A stretch of 64,000 bases of DNA. Source: Prochlorococcus sp. AG-409-J03 (GTDB taxonomy: Bacteria; Cyanobacteriota; Cyanobacteriia; PCC-6307; Cyanobiaceae). The position numbers and the translations under genes are program-made. This document shows, one piece after another, positions 29,596 to 40,072 of this stretch. How positions within the stretch are numbered: position 1 is the stretch's first letter; every line of letters begins with the position of its first letter. The stretch lies in contig QCJZ01000002.1 of assembly GCA_003215695.1 (NCBI GenBank), positions 18,074-82,073 of the forward strand, read 5' to 3'. Under the pieces are notes generated by a model that worked only from the letters and a program-made list of their open reading frames with translations, was not told where the DNA came from and ran no database searches.

Positions 29596-30797
29596 CCTTG
29601 ATTGAAAAAAAGCCTTTATCTGATCTTGAGTTTGATCCTTTAGATCAAATAAATTTACTCAAAGAAAAATGTAATAATATATCTTCTCATTTATATAAGG
29701 TTAATTCATTTTATCTTGAGGAACTAAGAAGTTTCTTGCCTCAAACTATAAAAACGTCATTATTCTTTTTGATCACTGATAGATTTGGAGAAAATTTTGG
29801 GTTCTCAACTGTTCGGTCAAGAAAATTATTTCAGGTCAAGATTGATAAATTAGTTGCAGACACTCTGTCACTAATAACAATTGAACATTTAAATGAATTG
29901 GCAAAAAAAATTGATGAAGAAAATACTCTACATTTAAATAATATTAAAAATGAAATGTCAAATTCACTAAGTATGACAAGAGATTCGGAGAAATCGGGAT
30001 CTTTTGTCAGTGTTAATTCTATTGATATAAGTTTAACTCCGCCTTTGGAGGATTTGTCAATTACTGAAGGGTGGAATGGAGAATTAAAAATCCCATATTC
30101 AATAGAAGATAAAGATCATTCTCTGAAAAGTAAAATATCAGAAAGTGACTATCTAATTCAAAATAAAACTAATGAATATGAGTCATTAAAAGATGATCCT
30201 AAAGATTCCGATAATTTTAATTTGAAGAATAAAGATATTGAAATTTTACAGTCAATATTCGCTTTGACTGATGCATCTAATTCAAATGATCTATATTCAG
30301 AAACTGAAAATTCATCTGATCAGACTCAATATTTGGAAGATGTAAAAAATAATCGATTCTTACCACAATCACCAATTGGCTTGTATGAGTGGATGATTTC
30401 TATAGATGCAGCTTTGATTCGAAGATTGCGTGATCTATCACACTCAATTAATACTGAGCTTTTAAAATCAGGCTTGGTAAATACACTTGTTCCAATTAAT
30501 ATATTAGATGCTGCTTTGTCAGGCCAATTAATTTCCTCTAAATCTGTATCTAATATTCTTTCTTTCAAATTACCAACAAATAATCCATTGGCTTCTGGTG
30601 GATTAGATGTTGATTGCTTGCTAATTACCCCTTCGGATATGGAATTTGACAATCCAAGACTTAGAAAAATTAGAAATAACATTAGAGATTATCAAAATGT
30701 GCTTATGGGTATGATTAAACAACAACGTTACTGGCAAGGTCGCTCCATCGCAGAAGAGGTTAATAAAGAATGGTGGAAGGATACAACAAAAATATAA
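29592..30797 (+). CDS. Conserved hypothetical protein
   Basis: 401-aa ORF coupled between tsf and recG; [15 protein letters not shown] motif; no catalytic motif recognised. Confidence 0.75.
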   Translation: MTLIEKKPLSDLEFDPLDQINLLKEKCNNISSHLYKVNSFYLEELRSFLPQTIKTSLFFLITDRFGENFGFSTVRSRKLFQVKIDKLVADTLSLITIEHLNELAKKIDEENTLHLNNIKNEMSNSLSMTRDSEKSGSFVSVNSIDISLTPPLEDLSITEGWNGELKIPYSIEDKDHSLKSKISESDYLIQNKTNEYESLKDDPKDSDNFNLKNKDIEILQSIFALTDASNSNDLYSETENSSDQTQYLEDVKNNRFLPQSPIGLYEWMISIDAALIRRLRDLSHSINTELLKSGLVNTLVPINILDAALSGQLISSKSVSNILSFKLPTNNPLASGGLDVDCLLITPSDMEFDNPRLRKIRNNIRDYQNVLMGMIKQQRYWQGRSIAEEVNKEWWKDTTKI

Positions 30798-33310
30798 ACA
30801 GTGCTGAGGTAAAATCTACTTCTGATAGACAAGTGGGTGAACTAATAACTTGGATTCGATCTTTACAACAAGCCTTAACAGTTGAAGTCGATCATGGGTT
30901 TATTAATATTCAAGGTAGGTCAAGCAAATTTTCTGATTTTATAAGTGGATATTTATTAAGTGGTCCTTGCGAAAGTATTAACGAGTGTGATTTTAATAAA
31001 TTAAAGGAATTATCAGTGAATTATAAGAAATATTCAACTATGTCTATAGATTGTAGACGTAGATTAATTGTTCAAACAAGAAAGTCTCTTTATAATCTTT
31101 CCAAGCATCAAGAAGGTGTAGAGAATAGAGAGGGAAAAAAATTAAATATAAGAAGAACATATGACGCTATTTCTTATAAGAAAATCTCCTCGACAGATTC
31201 ATTATGTTTAGATAGTCCGATTTCAGTTCTCAAAGGTGTGGGCCCAAAATATGCAGAGAGATTGTCTGCATTGGGCCTTGTTTTAATTCGTGATCTTATA
31301 ACTTATTTCCCTCGTGATTATGTTGATTATACTTCATTGAAAACAATCGATAAAACGCAAGCAGGTCAGACTGTGACAGTCGTCGCAAAAGTCAGACGAT
31401 GCAATTCATTTAAAAGCCCTAAGAACCCAAATCTTTCAATTCTAGAGTTATTTATTAAAGATAGAACAGGAGGAATGAAAGTTACTAAATTCTTTGCAGG
31501 TCGTCGCAGCAGCAGTATTTCTTACGTAAAATCTCAACAAAGTTTATATGCTGTTGGCGCGACTGTTGCTGTAAGCGGTTTAATCAAGGAAGGTAAATAT
31601 GGCAAATCATTACATGATCCAATAATAGAAGTTATTGATAGTCCAAATAGTTTTTTAAAATCGAGAACTATTGGACAAATTATCCCAGTTTATTCTCTAA
31701 CAGAAGGTATTACTGCTGATAAATTCAGAGATATAATTCAATCGATCCTTTATTTGATATGTGAAATAAAGGACCCACTTCCAAAAGATACATTGAAGAA
31801 ATTAGATCTACCTACTAAGAAGGAAGCTTTTTTTCATATTCATAATCCTGAAGATTCAACAACTTTGGCTAGAGCAAAAAGAAGAATTGTCTTTGAAGAG
31901 TTTTTATTATTGCAACTTAGTCTTCTCTTAAGACGCGAATTACATAAAAAATGTAATTCACCTAAATTAAGTTTTCAGACCAATGTTGATAGCCTAGTCG
32001 GGAAATTCTTGAGTATTCTTCCTTTCTCTCTGACAGATGCCCAAAAAAGAGTTTTAAAGGAAATCGAATCAGATATAGTCAAAGCTGAACCAATGTCTCG
32101 ACTATTACAAGGTGATGTTGGTAGCGGAAAAACTGTTATCGCTATCTCAGCACTCCTCACCGCAGTTCAATCGGGATGGCAGGGTGCTTTTATGGCACCA
32201 ACTGAAGTACTTGCTACACAACATTATCAAACACTCAGCAAATGGATTCCTCAGCTTGAGTTAAATGTAGATCTGTTAACTGGCTCTACACCCAAGACTC
32301 GTCGTAAACAAATTCTTACTGATTTAGCAAATGGTTCTACAAAAATCCTTGTGGGAACGCATGCACTATTCGAAGACTCAGTTGTCTTTGATCGTCTTGG
32401 TCTTGTGGTTGTAGATGAGCAACATCGCTTTGGTGTTAAACAGAGGAACGAGCTTTTGAATAAAGGTTTACAACCTCACTTGCTAACAATGACTGCTACA
32501 CCAATACCTAGAACCTTGACACTCACTCTGCATGGTGATCTAGATGTTAGTCAATTAGATGAGCTTCCACCAGGCCGAACCCCTATCAATACTCAGCTAA
32601 TATCACCAACAGATAAAAAGTATGCATATGATTTAATAAGGAGTGAGATTAATAAAGGACATCAAGTTTATGTTGTTCTGCCTTTGATTGAGGAGTCTGA
32701 GAAGCTTGAACTTAGTGCAGCAGTTGACGTACATCATCAATTGTCTACTGAAATTTTTTCAGATTTCACTGTTGAATTACTTCATGGCAAAATGAAGAGT
32801 TTAGAAAAACAAAAGGTTATTCAGAATTTTCTTAACAAGAAAAGCGACATACTAGTTTCCACTACGGTTATAGAAGTAGGTGTTGATGTCCCAAATGCCA
32901 GTGTAATGCTAATAGAAGATTCTGATCGTTTTGGCCTTGCTCAATTGCATCAATTAAGGGGCCGAGTTGGAAGGGGAGCCTCCAAGTCATACTGCCTGTT
33001 GAGCCATCAAAATAAAAATAAATTATCTCGACAAAGATTGGAAGTTTTGGTTGATTCCAATGACGGATTTGAAATTTCTGAAATTGACTTGCGTTTTCGT
33101 GGACCAGGACAAATTTTAGGTACTAAACAATCGGGGGTCCCTGATTTTGCTCTAGCATCATTAGCTGATGATTCTGATGTACTGGAACTTGCACGGAATG
33201 AGGGTCGAAAAATTTTAGATGCTGATCCTTTGCTTAGGAATAACTCAATGCTTCGTTCGCTAATAAAAGATAAGTGGGAGAAACTAAAAATTGTTAATAA
33301 ATTAAATTAA
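30770..33310 (+). CDS. recG: ATP-dependent DNA helicase RecG
   Basis: LLQGDVGSGKT, DEQHRFGV, MTATPIPRT, QLHQLRGRVGRG, DLRFRGPG. Confidence 0.97.
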   Translation: MVEGYNKNINSAEVKSTSDRQVGELITWIRSLQQALTVEVDHGFINIQGRSSKFSDFISGYLLSGPCESINECDFNKLKELSVNYKKYSTMSIDCRRRLIVQTRKSLYNLSKHQEGVENREGKKLNIRRTYDAISYKKISSTDSLCLDSPISVLKGVGPKYAERLSALGLVLIRDLITYFPRDYVDYTSLKTIDKTQAGQTVTVVAKVRRCNSFKSPKNPNLSILELFIKDRTGGMKVTKFFAGRRSSSISYVKSQQSLYAVGATVAVSGLIKEGKYGKSLHDPIIEVIDSPNSFLKSRTIGQIIPVYSLTEGITADKFRDIIQSILYLICEIKDPLPKDTLKKLDLPTKKEAFFHIHNPEDSTTLARAKRRIVFEEFLLLQLSLLLRRELHKKCNSPKLSFQTNVDSLVGKFLSILPFSLTDAQKRVLKEIESDIVKAEPMSRLLQGDVGSGKTVIAISALLTAVQSGWQGAFMAPTEVLATQHYQTLSKWIPQLELNVDLLTGSTPKTRRKQILTDLANGSTKILVGTHALFEDSVVFDRLGLVVVDEQHRFGVKQRNELLNKGLQPHLLTMTATPIPRTLTLTLHGDLDVSQLDELPPGRTPINTQLISPTDKKYAYDLIRSEINKGHQVYVVLPLIEESEKLELSAAVDVHHQLSTEIFSDFTVELLHGKMKSLEKQKVIQNFLNKKSDILVSTTVIEVGVDVPNASVMLIEDSDRFGLAQLHQLRGRVGRGASKSYCLLSHQNKNKLSRQRLEVLVDSNDGFEISEIDLRFRGPGQILGTKQSGVPDFALASLADDSDVLELARNEGRKILDADPLLRNNSMLRSLIKDKWEKLKIVNKLN

Positions 33311-33400
33311 CTTTTTGTTTAATTCTAAATATTGAACACATTTATTTTTATAGGTAGGATTAGATGAATTTTAAATTTAATACTTATATTTTTAGAAACT

Positions 33401-34156
33401 ATGAATTTGAGACCCTGGAATAATATAAAAATAAATGAATGTAATGAGCCTTTTATATCTATTCCAAAATCTATTTATCGATTAACACCTCACCCTTATA
33501 TGTCGTTAGGTGCCCCATATTTAGCTGGAGCAGATCCATGGATTTTACGTAAAAGTGTTTTAAAAAGATTGGTACGTGCGCAACAACACCTTTCCGAGAT
33601 TAATCCGCAGTTACAATTGGCCTTGTTTGATGCTTGGAGACCTATCTCTGTCCAAAAATATATGTTTAATTACACTATTGTAGAAACTTGTAAGTCGAAG
33701 GGGCTTGATATTAATGCTATTACTGTAAATGGAGGCATCAATGATGTGATTGAAGAGGTTGGCCATTTTTGGGCTAAACCATCTTCTGATCCTCTTACTC
33801 CACCCCCGCACAGTACTGGTGCTGCTATTGATTTGACGCTTGCTGATTTGACTGGTACCCCATTAGATCTAGGGGGAGAAATAGATTTTATTGGACCCGA
33901 ATCTGACCCTGAATTCTATAAGAAAGACTCCATTAGGATGCCTTTGTCAACACATCATACTTTTCATAAGAGAAGGTCCCTTTTGTTATCAGTTATGGAA
34001 CACGCAGGATTTGTTCAACACCCTAAGGAATGGTGGCATTTTAGCTATGGAGACCAACTATGGTCTTGGTTAAACAAGAAAGATAATGCTATTTATGGAG
34101 CGCCACTTGAGGTGAGTAAAGACATTACACTTTCAGAACCAAGTTTAGTAACATAA
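33401..34156 (+). CDS. D-Ala-D-Ala dipeptidase (M15, VanX/DdpX-like)
   Basis: DAWRP, PPHSTGAAIDLTL, EWWHFSYGDQ. Confidence 0.88.
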   Translation: MNLRPWNNIKINECNEPFISIPKSIYRLTPHPYMSLGAPYLAGADPWILRKSVLKRLVRAQQHLSEINPQLQLALFDAWRPISVQKYMFNYTIVETCKSKGLDINAITVNGGINDVIEEVGHFWAKPSSDPLTPPPHSTGAAIDLTLADLTGTPLDLGGEIDFIGPESDPEFYKKDSIRMPLSTHHTFHKRRSLLLSVMEHAGFVQHPKEWWHFSYGDQLWSWLNKKDNAIYGAPLEVSKDITLSEPSLVT

Positions 34157-36237
34157 TCTCCAAGACTTAATGAGGTACCAGCTTCTTTCCAGCTAAGGAA
34201 TAGAGGTTCTAATGTCTTCTCTAATTCATTTATAGACATTTTTGGTAGATATGAAGTAGCCAATCTTTGTAAGTCAGTGCTACCACCTAGCCATAGTTGG
34301 TATTGATTTAACCCACTACCAACAAGAGCTAATTCTGCCATGTATGGACGAGCACATCCGTTTGGGCAACCCGTTACTCTGATTATTATTGATTTATTGA
34401 TCCCTAGCCTTTTTAATTGATTGTTTATTCGTTTCAAGAGCTCTGGTAAAAATCTTTCTGCTTCTGTCATCGCAAGTCCGCATAATGGAAGAGCTGGACA
34501 GGCGATGGCATGCCTGGCTAATGGATTAGGACTCCCTGGATTCTCAAAACCTATATTTTTTAGCGAATTTTTCACACTGATTTTTTGATAATTACCAATA
34601 TTACATAAAAGTAAATCTTGGTTAGGAGTTAAACGTACATCTAAGGCATATCTTTCAACTATTTTTCTCAATTCTTTCTTTATTTCCCCAGTAAGCCTAC
34701 CTGATAAAAGTGGTAGGCCAACAAACCAGAGTTTGTCAGATTGTCGATGCCAGCCTAAATAATCTTCAAGTATTTTTTTCCCTTCGTTCCTCATACCGAC
34801 AATCGGTTTTGTGAAATATTTGCTTGTTAACTGTTTCTTAAACCAATCGACGCCCATATCATGCAAAACATATTTAAGTCTTGAATGTCTCCTCGTCTTT
34901 CTATCTCCATAATCTCTTTGAAAAGCGAGAATAGATTGTACAAGCTCTAAGATATGTTTCCCTTCAACATAACCAATGGGATCTGCAATCCTAGCAAAAG
35001 TTGTATCTAAGTTATGTGTTCTACCCATACCTCCACCTACGTAGACATTACATCCCTCTAAAATCCCTTTTGCATTAGTGAATGTAACTAGACCTATGTC
35101 ATGAGTAAGAATATCCACAGAGTTGTCTCCTGGCACTGTGGTGGCACATTTGAATTTTCTTGGTAAGTAGGTTGCACCATATAAAGGTTCATTTTTGTCA
35201 CCACTAAACACACCACGATTTAGTTGCAGTTTTCTGTTCTTTTTGACTTCCAAGGATGGCTTGATAGCATATTTAATTTCACCATCAACCCATAAATCGA
35301 TGTATGTCTCCTCTGCTTTCTGGGGCGACAATAAATCAGCGATATTTTTAGCTAATTTTCTGGCTGCGGGATAGGATCCTTTTTCGTATGGTGCCGCTGG
35401 AGCCATAACATTTCTGTTGATATCTCCACAAGCGGCGAGAGTAGATCCCATCGACTTAACTATTGTTCCTATTACTTCTTTAATATTGTCTTTTTTTATT
35501 CCATGCATTTGGAAGCATTGACGAGTTGTTGCTCTCAGCGTTTTGTTTCCTAGTCGATCCGAGAGATCATCCAATGCTACAAAAAGGGGGCCAGGGACCA
35601 AACCAGCTGGATTTCTTAGTCTCAGCATCATTTGCCAATCTTTACCTGTGCCTCCTTTTTTTCTATGTTCCCGATCATCTTGTTGATAACTACCATGAAA
35701 TTTTAAAAGTTGTACTGCATCATTAGTGAAGTGATCGCTGTTGTTTAATAATTCACTTTGTAGGGGTTCATTCAAGTAATTACTATCGGCTTTAAATTGT
35801 TCGAATTTGGCTCGAGGGGAATTATTCGCTATGCACGGTGAAGGAACAGTTTTTTCCATATCTTCCTGACCTTTTATTTCATTTTCTTCAAAATTGATCA
35901 GAGCTTCAATAGCCCCATTACTAAACCCAGCATCTTTTAAGTCTTTTTTTATATTTTTGGCAGATTCTTTTGAATTGCCTTTACTAATCGCTTCGAGTTT
36001 AAATCCCTTAGGCAAAGATTTGTTGATCTGTTTTGCCTCTTCTTCTCTTAGCTTTTCCTCGAATTTTTGTTGAATAGCTATTTCTGCTGAATTAATGTTC
36101 TCTTTGGCTTCTTCTTTAGTGTTTCCTATTTTTTTTACTACATCACATGTCCCAAAAGCATCCCTTAATTTCCCTCTAGGTACAGCAACTCTTAAGTAAA
36201 ACCCGGATCTCCCAGGGATTTGTATGATCTTAGGCAA
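34093..36237 (-). CDS. sir: Ferredoxin-sulfite reductase with ~126-aa integrase-like N-terminal extension
   Basis: LLKFHGSYQQDDR, ACGDINRNV, YLPRKFK, ACPALPLCGLA, TGCPNGC. The Sir core starts near Met127 (ATG 35859). Confidence 0.95.
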   Translation of the reverse strand: MPKIIQIPGRSGFYLRVAVPRGKLRDAFGTCDVVKKIGNTKEEAKENINSAEIAIQQKFEEKLREEEAKQINKSLPKGFKLEAISKGNSKESAKNIKKDLKDAGFSNGAIEALINFEENEIKGQEDMEKTVPSPCIANNSPRAKFEQFKADSNYLNEPLQSELLNNSDHFTNDAVQLLKFHGSYQQDDREHRKKGGTGKDWQMMLRLRNPAGLVPGPLFVALDDLSDRLGNKTLRATTRQCFQMHGIKKDNIKEVIGTIVKSMGSTLAACGDINRNVMAPAAPYEKGSYPAARKLAKNIADLLSPQKAEETYIDLWVDGEIKYAIKPSLEVKKNRKLQLNRGVFSGDKNEPLYGATYLPRKFKCATTVPGDNSVDILTHDIGLVTFTNAKGILEGCNVYVGGGMGRTHNLDTTFARIADPIGYVEGKHILELVQSILAFQRDYGDRKTRRHSRLKYVLHDMGVDWFKKQLTSKYFTKPIVGMRNEGKKILEDYLGWHRQSDKLWFVGLPLLSGRLTGEIKKELRKIVERYALDVRLTPNQDLLLCNIGNYQKISVKNSLKNIGFENPGSPNPLARHAIACPALPLCGLAMTEAERFLPELLKRINNQLKRLGINKSIIIRVTGCPNGCARPYMAELALVGSGLNQYQLWLGGSTDLQRLATSYLPKMSINELEKTLEPLFLSWKEAGTSLSLGDYVTKLGSESVMSLLTSSGAP
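35860..36237 (-). mobile_element. Putative tyrosine-integrase N-terminal remnant (DUF6538-like) fused in frame to sir
   Basis: GRSGFYLRVAVPRGKLRDAFGTCDVVKKIGNTKEEA..AEIAIQQKF fits the [WFY]Y.R..VP..LR...G...I.K.LG.T..EA pattern. No catalytic R-H-R-Y domain follows. Confidence 0.6.
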
Positions 36238-36238
36238 T

Positions 36239-36261
36239 GGTACCTACACCGGTACCTACAC
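36239..36261. repeat. Tandem direct repeat GGTACCTACAC x2 (12-bp period), arm-site-like
   Basis: Copies at 36239-36249 and 36251-36261, partial GTACCTA at 36284-36290; 1 bp from the TTG start at 36237. Confidence 0.8.
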
Positions 36262-36416
36262 TATATCATTTTCGTGTTGTTTTGTACCTAATTGTTCAGA
36301 AAATACCATGACTGATTAATGAGCAATTAATTGATGGTTAGATTTTTTCTAAGACACAGAATGTAGAAGTAATTCAAATTTAGACCTAATCTTGTAAAGC
36401 ATATAAGGGGATTTTT

Positions 36417-38579
36417 TTGTCTACTTACCTTTTAGAAATCGGAACTGAGGAACTACCAGCTGATTTAGCTGAATCGGTTATTTCTCAGCTTGAATTAAAT
36501 GTAAATAATGATTTGAATTCTTCTCAAATAAAATTTAGTCAAATAAGTGTTACTACTACCCCCAGAAGAATTGCATTAACTATTGAAGGACTTGCTCCAT
36601 GTTCTGAAGATAACATTTCAGAAAGAAAAGGACCTCCTGCTTCTCAAGCTTTTAATGATGGAAAACCTACAAAAGCTGCAATAGGCTTTGCTAAAAGATA
36701 TAAAATTTCTCCAGAAAAACTAGAGATTAGAGAAACTCCTAAAGGTTCGTTTGTTTTTGCTAAATCAATTGAGAAAGGCAAGCCCGTTGAGAGCCTGTTG
36801 TCTGAGTACTTACCCAGATGGATCAGTAAAATTCAAGGAAGAAGATTTATGAGATGGGGCAAAGGTGATTTTCGTTTCTCGAGACCTATCCGTTGGATTG
36901 TTTCTTTAATTGATTCAGAAATTTTGTCTTTTAAAATTTCAGGGTGCGATCCGGAAATTCAAATAGGAAATATTTCAAGACCACATAGGTTGCATGGATC
37001 AAAATTAGAAATAAAAAATGCTGAAACTTATTATGATCAATTACAAGATGTTGGAGTAATAGCTGATAGGAACAGTCGCTTATCAAATATCAATGATTTA
37101 GTTAGTAATCACGAACTAAATAACAAAGTTAAGCCAGATCTGACAAAACATCTTCTAAATGAGCTTACAGATTTAGTTGAGTCTCCTCTCCTGGTAATTG
37201 GTGGCTTTGATGAATCCTTCCTCGAATTACCTCCTGAAGTTTTGTCTACAGTGATGAAGGTTCATCAAAGGTATATTCCTTTATATAAAGCGAATGTTGA
37301 GTTTGATCCTTTATCACTTAATTCCAAAGACATTTTACGCCCTAGCTTTTTGTGTATCAGCAATGGTTTATCTTCAGCAAAAGAAAATATTATTTTAGGA
37401 AATGAGAAAGTTTTAAAGGCTAGATTTTCTGATGCGTCATTTTTTATAAAGTCTGATTTTTTAATTAGTAGTAGTAAACGTATTGATAAATTAAAAGATG
37501 TTACTTTTGCTGAAGGATTAGGTTCTTTATATGAACGTGTAATTCGAATAGAATGGCTTACTAAATTAGTGACATCAAAGCTTCAATTTAATAAAGAAGA
37601 TATTGAAAAATCCATCAAAGTTGCACATTTTTCTAAACATGATTTAGTTAGCAATATGGTTGATGAATTTCCAGAGTTGCAGGGAATAATTGGATCTAAA
37701 TACTTACTTCATGAGGGTGAATCAAGAGATGTATGCTTAGGGGTTTTGGAACATTACAAGCCTAAAGCGACTACAGACTCTCTTCCCTCAAATAACATTG
37801 GCAATGCTGTTTCATTAGCTGAGCGCTTTGAGTTGCTTTTTAGCATTTATTCAAAGGGTGAACGTCCCTCTGGCTCATCTGATCCATATGCCTTGAGGAG
37901 GGCTGCTAATGGAATATTGCTGATTTTATGGAACAAGGATTGGCAATTAAATCTCAATGAAATAATTAATGATTCATTAATATATTGGAGGCAGCTTTTC
38001 CCTTCTCTCTCCTTTGAAACAAGTACTCTTGCGCATGAATTGATGGAATTTTTTCGTCAAAGAATTATTAGCTTATTAGAAGAGAAAGGTATTGATTTTG
38101 ATATTATTCAGGCAATTGCAGGAAATACAACTTCAACCTTAGAATTATTAGAAGATCCAACAGACGTTGATTTTCGTTCTTCATTATTAATGGAGATGAG
38201 GAGAAATAATACACTTAGTTTGTTGCAAGCTGTAGTAACTCGAGCCTCTAAATTGGCAGCTAAAAGTGATATCTCAAAAGATGTAATAGATCCTTTAGGT
38301 ATTGTTGATAAGACCCTATTTGAAAAAGCTTGTGAAAGCGACATGTTTAATATTTTGGAGAAATTAAAACCTCTAGCAATAAATGGCAATCGTATTAAAT
38401 ATAAGTTGTTGGCTGATGGTTTGGTTTCAAGTGCTGAAACTTTAGCTAACTTTTTTGATGGAGAAAGCAGCGTAATGGTTATGACAGATGATATTGAGTT
38501 AAGAAATAATAGGCTTAATTTACTGACGATCTTAACAAACCAGTCTTTAAAGCTTGCTGATTTTAGTAAGCTAAGTTAA
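36417..38579 (+). CDS. glyS: Glycine--tRNA ligase beta subunit
   Basis: LLEIGTEELP, MRWG..FSRPIRW, EFPELQG, GSSDPYALRR. Confidence 0.97.
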   Translation: MSTYLLEIGTEELPADLAESVISQLELNVNNDLNSSQIKFSQISVTTTPRRIALTIEGLAPCSEDNISERKGPPASQAFNDGKPTKAAIGFAKRYKISPEKLEIRETPKGSFVFAKSIEKGKPVESLLSEYLPRWISKIQGRRFMRWGKGDFRFSRPIRWIVSLIDSEILSFKISGCDPEIQIGNISRPHRLHGSKLEIKNAETYYDQLQDVGVIADRNSRLSNINDLVSNHELNNKVKPDLTKHLLNELTDLVESPLLVIGGFDESFLELPPEVLSTVMKVHQRYIPLYKANVEFDPLSLNSKDILRPSFLCISNGLSSAKENIILGNEKVLKARFSDASFFIKSDFLISSSKRIDKLKDVTFAEGLGSLYERVIRIEWLTKLVTSKLQFNKEDIEKSIKVAHFSKHDLVSNMVDEFPELQGIIGSKYLLHEGESRDVCLGVLEHYKPKATTDSLPSNNIGNAVSLAERFELLFSIYSKGERPSGSSDPYALRRAANGILLILWNKDWQLNLNEIINDSLIYWRQLFPSLSFETSTLAHELMEFFRQRIISLLEEKGIDFDIIQAIAGNTTSTLELLEDPTDVDFRSSLLMEMRRNNTLSLLQAVVTRASKLAAKSDISKDVIDPLGIVDKTLFEKACESDMFNILEKLKPLAINGNRIKYKLLADGLVSSAETLANFFDGESSVMVMTDDIELRNNRLNLLTILTNQSLKLADFSKLS

Positions 38580-38600
38580 CTATTAAAATTAATAATATTA

Positions 38601-39935
38601 TTATTTTTTACTAGTCTTTATACCACCTTTAATTGAACTTACAGCTAACATTTTATTAACTTCCTTGTCATCTCTAACTGCACTTGGTACTGGCTTGTAT
38701 GTGCTTGGTGCTAAAGCCTTACCTCTTAAAACTGAACCAATTGTTAATAGCGTAAGTTTTAATTGTTGAAGCGGCTTCATCGCTACTACAGTTTTGTAAA
38801 GATAACTGTCAAATGTAAGTCTTTGTACATCCATGTCGCCACACATCTCTACAAAAGCTTCTCTTGCTCCATCGCTGGTATAGAAAATTCTTTGAAGAAT
38901 ATCTAAAACTGTATATGTAGTTCCATACTTTTTATCCCATTTTTTTAAATATTTTTTGAGGTCTTTTTCTGTGGGTATTACTTTCCCATTTTGACTTGAT
39001 TCGACAATTTGTTCGGCACACATCCTTCCACTTTTGGCAGCAAAATAGATGCCCTCTCCTGAACTTTTTGTTACATAACCAGCGGCATCTCCGACTAGAG
39101 CCATTCTGCCAACGACTCTTCTTGGCCTGGGATGCTCAGGAATGGGATGAGCTTCTACTTTTATAACTTCTCCATTTACCAGTCTCTTCTTCGCTCTCTC
39201 TCTGACACCAATCTGGAGGCTTTTTATTAAACCACCATTTTGTTTCATTGTTCCTGTACCAGCTGCTACATGGTCGTATTTTGGAAAAACCCAACCATAG
39301 AAGTCTGGTGATACATCTGTTCCTACATACATTTCAGCTCTGTCTTCGTAGTACTTCATTTCCTCTTTAGGAAGTTTTATTCTTTCTTGAATTGCTACTG
39401 CATAGTTGTAATCACCTGCATCCATTGCTTTTGCAACTCTGCTTGTTGCACCATCAGCGCCAACAATTAAATCTACCTCAAGTTGCTTGCCTTTCTCTTC
39501 TGATTGGTCGTTAAGGATTTCGGTGTAATGAAGTGTGTATGGTCCTTGCTTGTTAGTACCAGTTTCTATTTTTGAGACTAGTCCGTTTACTAATGTTGCG
39601 CCAAGTTCTGCGGCGCGATTTCTCATGAATGAGTCCATTACCTCACGTCTTAACATGCCTATATATTCTTTGTCGCTTCCTGGATAAATATCATCCAAAA
39701 TAATATCTACTTCTCTATTTGATGGGGATATCATTTTCATATTCCTTACTTTCCGATCAATAATTGATTCTGGAAGGTCGAATTCAGAAACCATACACAA
39801 TGGAATCGCACCTCCACATGGTTTTGCATTATCAAGCTTTCTCTCGAAAATCCAAGTTTTAACTCCCGCTTTGGCCAAAATTTCTGCAGCGCATGATCCA
39901 CTTGGACCACCACCAATAACAGCAACTCTTAACAT
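38601..39935 (-). CDS. chlP: Geranylgeranyl reductase
   Basis: GGGPSG, AKPCGGAIPLCM, SPDFYGWVFPK, SGEGIYFAAKSGR. Confidence 0.97.
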   Translation of the reverse strand: MLRVAVIGGGPSGSCAAEILAKAGVKTWIFERKLDNAKPCGGAIPLCMVSEFDLPESIIDRKVRNMKMISPSNREVDIILDDIYPGSDKEYIGMLRREVMDSFMRNRAAELGATLVNGLVSKIETGTNKQGPYTLHYTEILNDQSEEKGKQLEVDLIVGADGATSRVAKAMDAGDYNYAVAIQERIKLPKEEMKYYEDRAEMYVGTDVSPDFYGWVFPKYDHVAAGTGTMKQNGGLIKSLQIGVRERAKKRLVNGEVIKVEAHPIPEHPRPRRVVGRMALVGDAAGYVTKSSGEGIYFAAKSGRMCAEQIVESSQNGKVIPTEKDLKKYLKKWDKKYGTTYTVLDILQRIFYTSDGAREAFVEMCGDMDVQRLTFDSYLYKTVVAMKPLQQLKLTLLTIGSVLRGKALAPSTYKPVPSAVRDDKEVNKMLAVSSIKGGIKTSKK

Positions 39936-40072
39936 CTTTGGATGAAAAATTTAGTTCTCTATATATAAAACTTACATCCTAATCTCATAGAAAGTATAAA
40001 GATTGGAGATACTCGTTACTATCGAAACATCATTTTTGCGAATTCCAATTGTTTGGACCATAAGCAGATCGT

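Noticed and set aside
36238-36416. Possible tRNA or att core next to the integrase-like remnant
   Set aside because: No cloverleaf, T-loop GTTCRA or duplicated tRNA 3' end visible; no intact element can be claimed.
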